A stretch of 64,000 bases of DNA from Nostoc sp. DedSLP01. Its GTDB lineage: Bacteria; Cyanobacteriota; Cyanobacteriia; Cyanobacteriales; Nostocaceae. Both the position numbers and the translations under genes were made by a program. Below, piece by piece: positions 63,616-64,000 of the stretch (the stretch's first letter is position 1; each line of letters opens with the position of its first letter). The stretch covers positions 192,001 through 256,000 of the forward strand of contig JAVRCJ020000004.1 of the NCBI GenBank assembly GCA_034530875.2. Reading direction: 5' to 3'. The notes beneath the pieces are model-generated. The model was not told the DNA's origin and made no database searches. It saw only the letters and a list, made by a program, of their open reading frames with translations.

Positions 63616-63641
63616 TACGGTATTTCTAGACAGATACCGTA
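63616..63641. promoter_or_regulatory. Candidate operator of the sbp-pst operon
   Basis: Perfect IR TACGGTAT-N10-ATACCGTA, about 19 nt upstream of the first ATG. Confidence 0.55.
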
Positions 63642-63911
63642 AAAAGAATTATAGGGTATATACAACAATAATTTTCATCTAGCTTTAATTTTTTTTAATG
63701 TAGCTATAGGTATTTTTAGATAGGTACGCCCTAAAGCTACAGGAATGCTCAAAGGATGTTTGTGTTGTGTGTCTGAGCAAGAGAAGGAAATTTAACAAAT
63801 AGAGCAAAGACTAGTAAAGATACTCATCACAGTACGCTGACACAACTTAGATATTAGCATTTAAAGACATAGCTAGCTGTAAATTAACTTGACGCCGATC
63901 GCTCGTAATAA

Positions 63912-64000
63912 TTATTGATTTGCTTTTTGTTCGCTAGCTTGCTCTACTCGCTGCCACAGTTCGCGGTCTTCTCGATAAATGCTTAATGCTGCCATCGCAT
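63912..64000 (-). CDS. 3' end of an unidentified gene entering from beyond the window
   Basis: Open frame ...AMAALSIYREDRELWQRVEQASEQKANQ* with stop at 63912-63914. Confidence 0.5.
   Translation of the reverse strand, partial: AMAALSIYREDRELWQRVEQASEQKANQ

Noticed and set aside
63684..63713. Possible Pho box or NtcA site upstream of sbp
   Set aside because: TTAA units are 10 nt apart rather than 11 in a T-rich run; GTA-N8-TAT is a mismatch to the NtcA consensus.

Overview
A chromosomal window from a heterocyst-forming cyanobacterium (Nostocales). Evidence: dense HIP1 GCGATCGC sites, heptamer/octamer STRR tracts, and asr1734- and prpJ-like genes; pebAB indicates phycoerythrobilin synthesis. 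In order: ctpB, a GT2, a PAS-GGDEF-EAL protein and rre1/orrA; asr1734 and ndhM; a PrpJ / CHAT-FHA / hypothetical / FHA-PrsW signalling block; a nitrate assimilation cluster (nirA, a decayed nrtD relic, nrtP, narB, psiE-like, narM, with divergent Rieske and nirB) under a canonical NtcA/NtcB promoter; a phycobilisome island (HCP, aplA, nblB-like, cpeU, pebAB) followed by a Met/Cys-depleted cpc3-type operon with cpcEF; putA; an RTX protein; a histidine kinase; split UPF0016 genes, ykgJ, psb30, recJ, a CpcV-like lyase; and an operon joining a sulfate-binding-protein paralog to a PstSCAB-type transporter. The best candidates for undescribed biology are (1) this Sbp+PstSCAB operon, where both binding proteins and PstA have altered ligand motifs, and (2) an FHA-bearing HetF-like CHAT protease beside an apparent PatU3-like protein and PrpJ. 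No tRNA, rRNA, CRISPR array or intact transposase was seen. All homology calls are from recalled family motifs; no searches were run.
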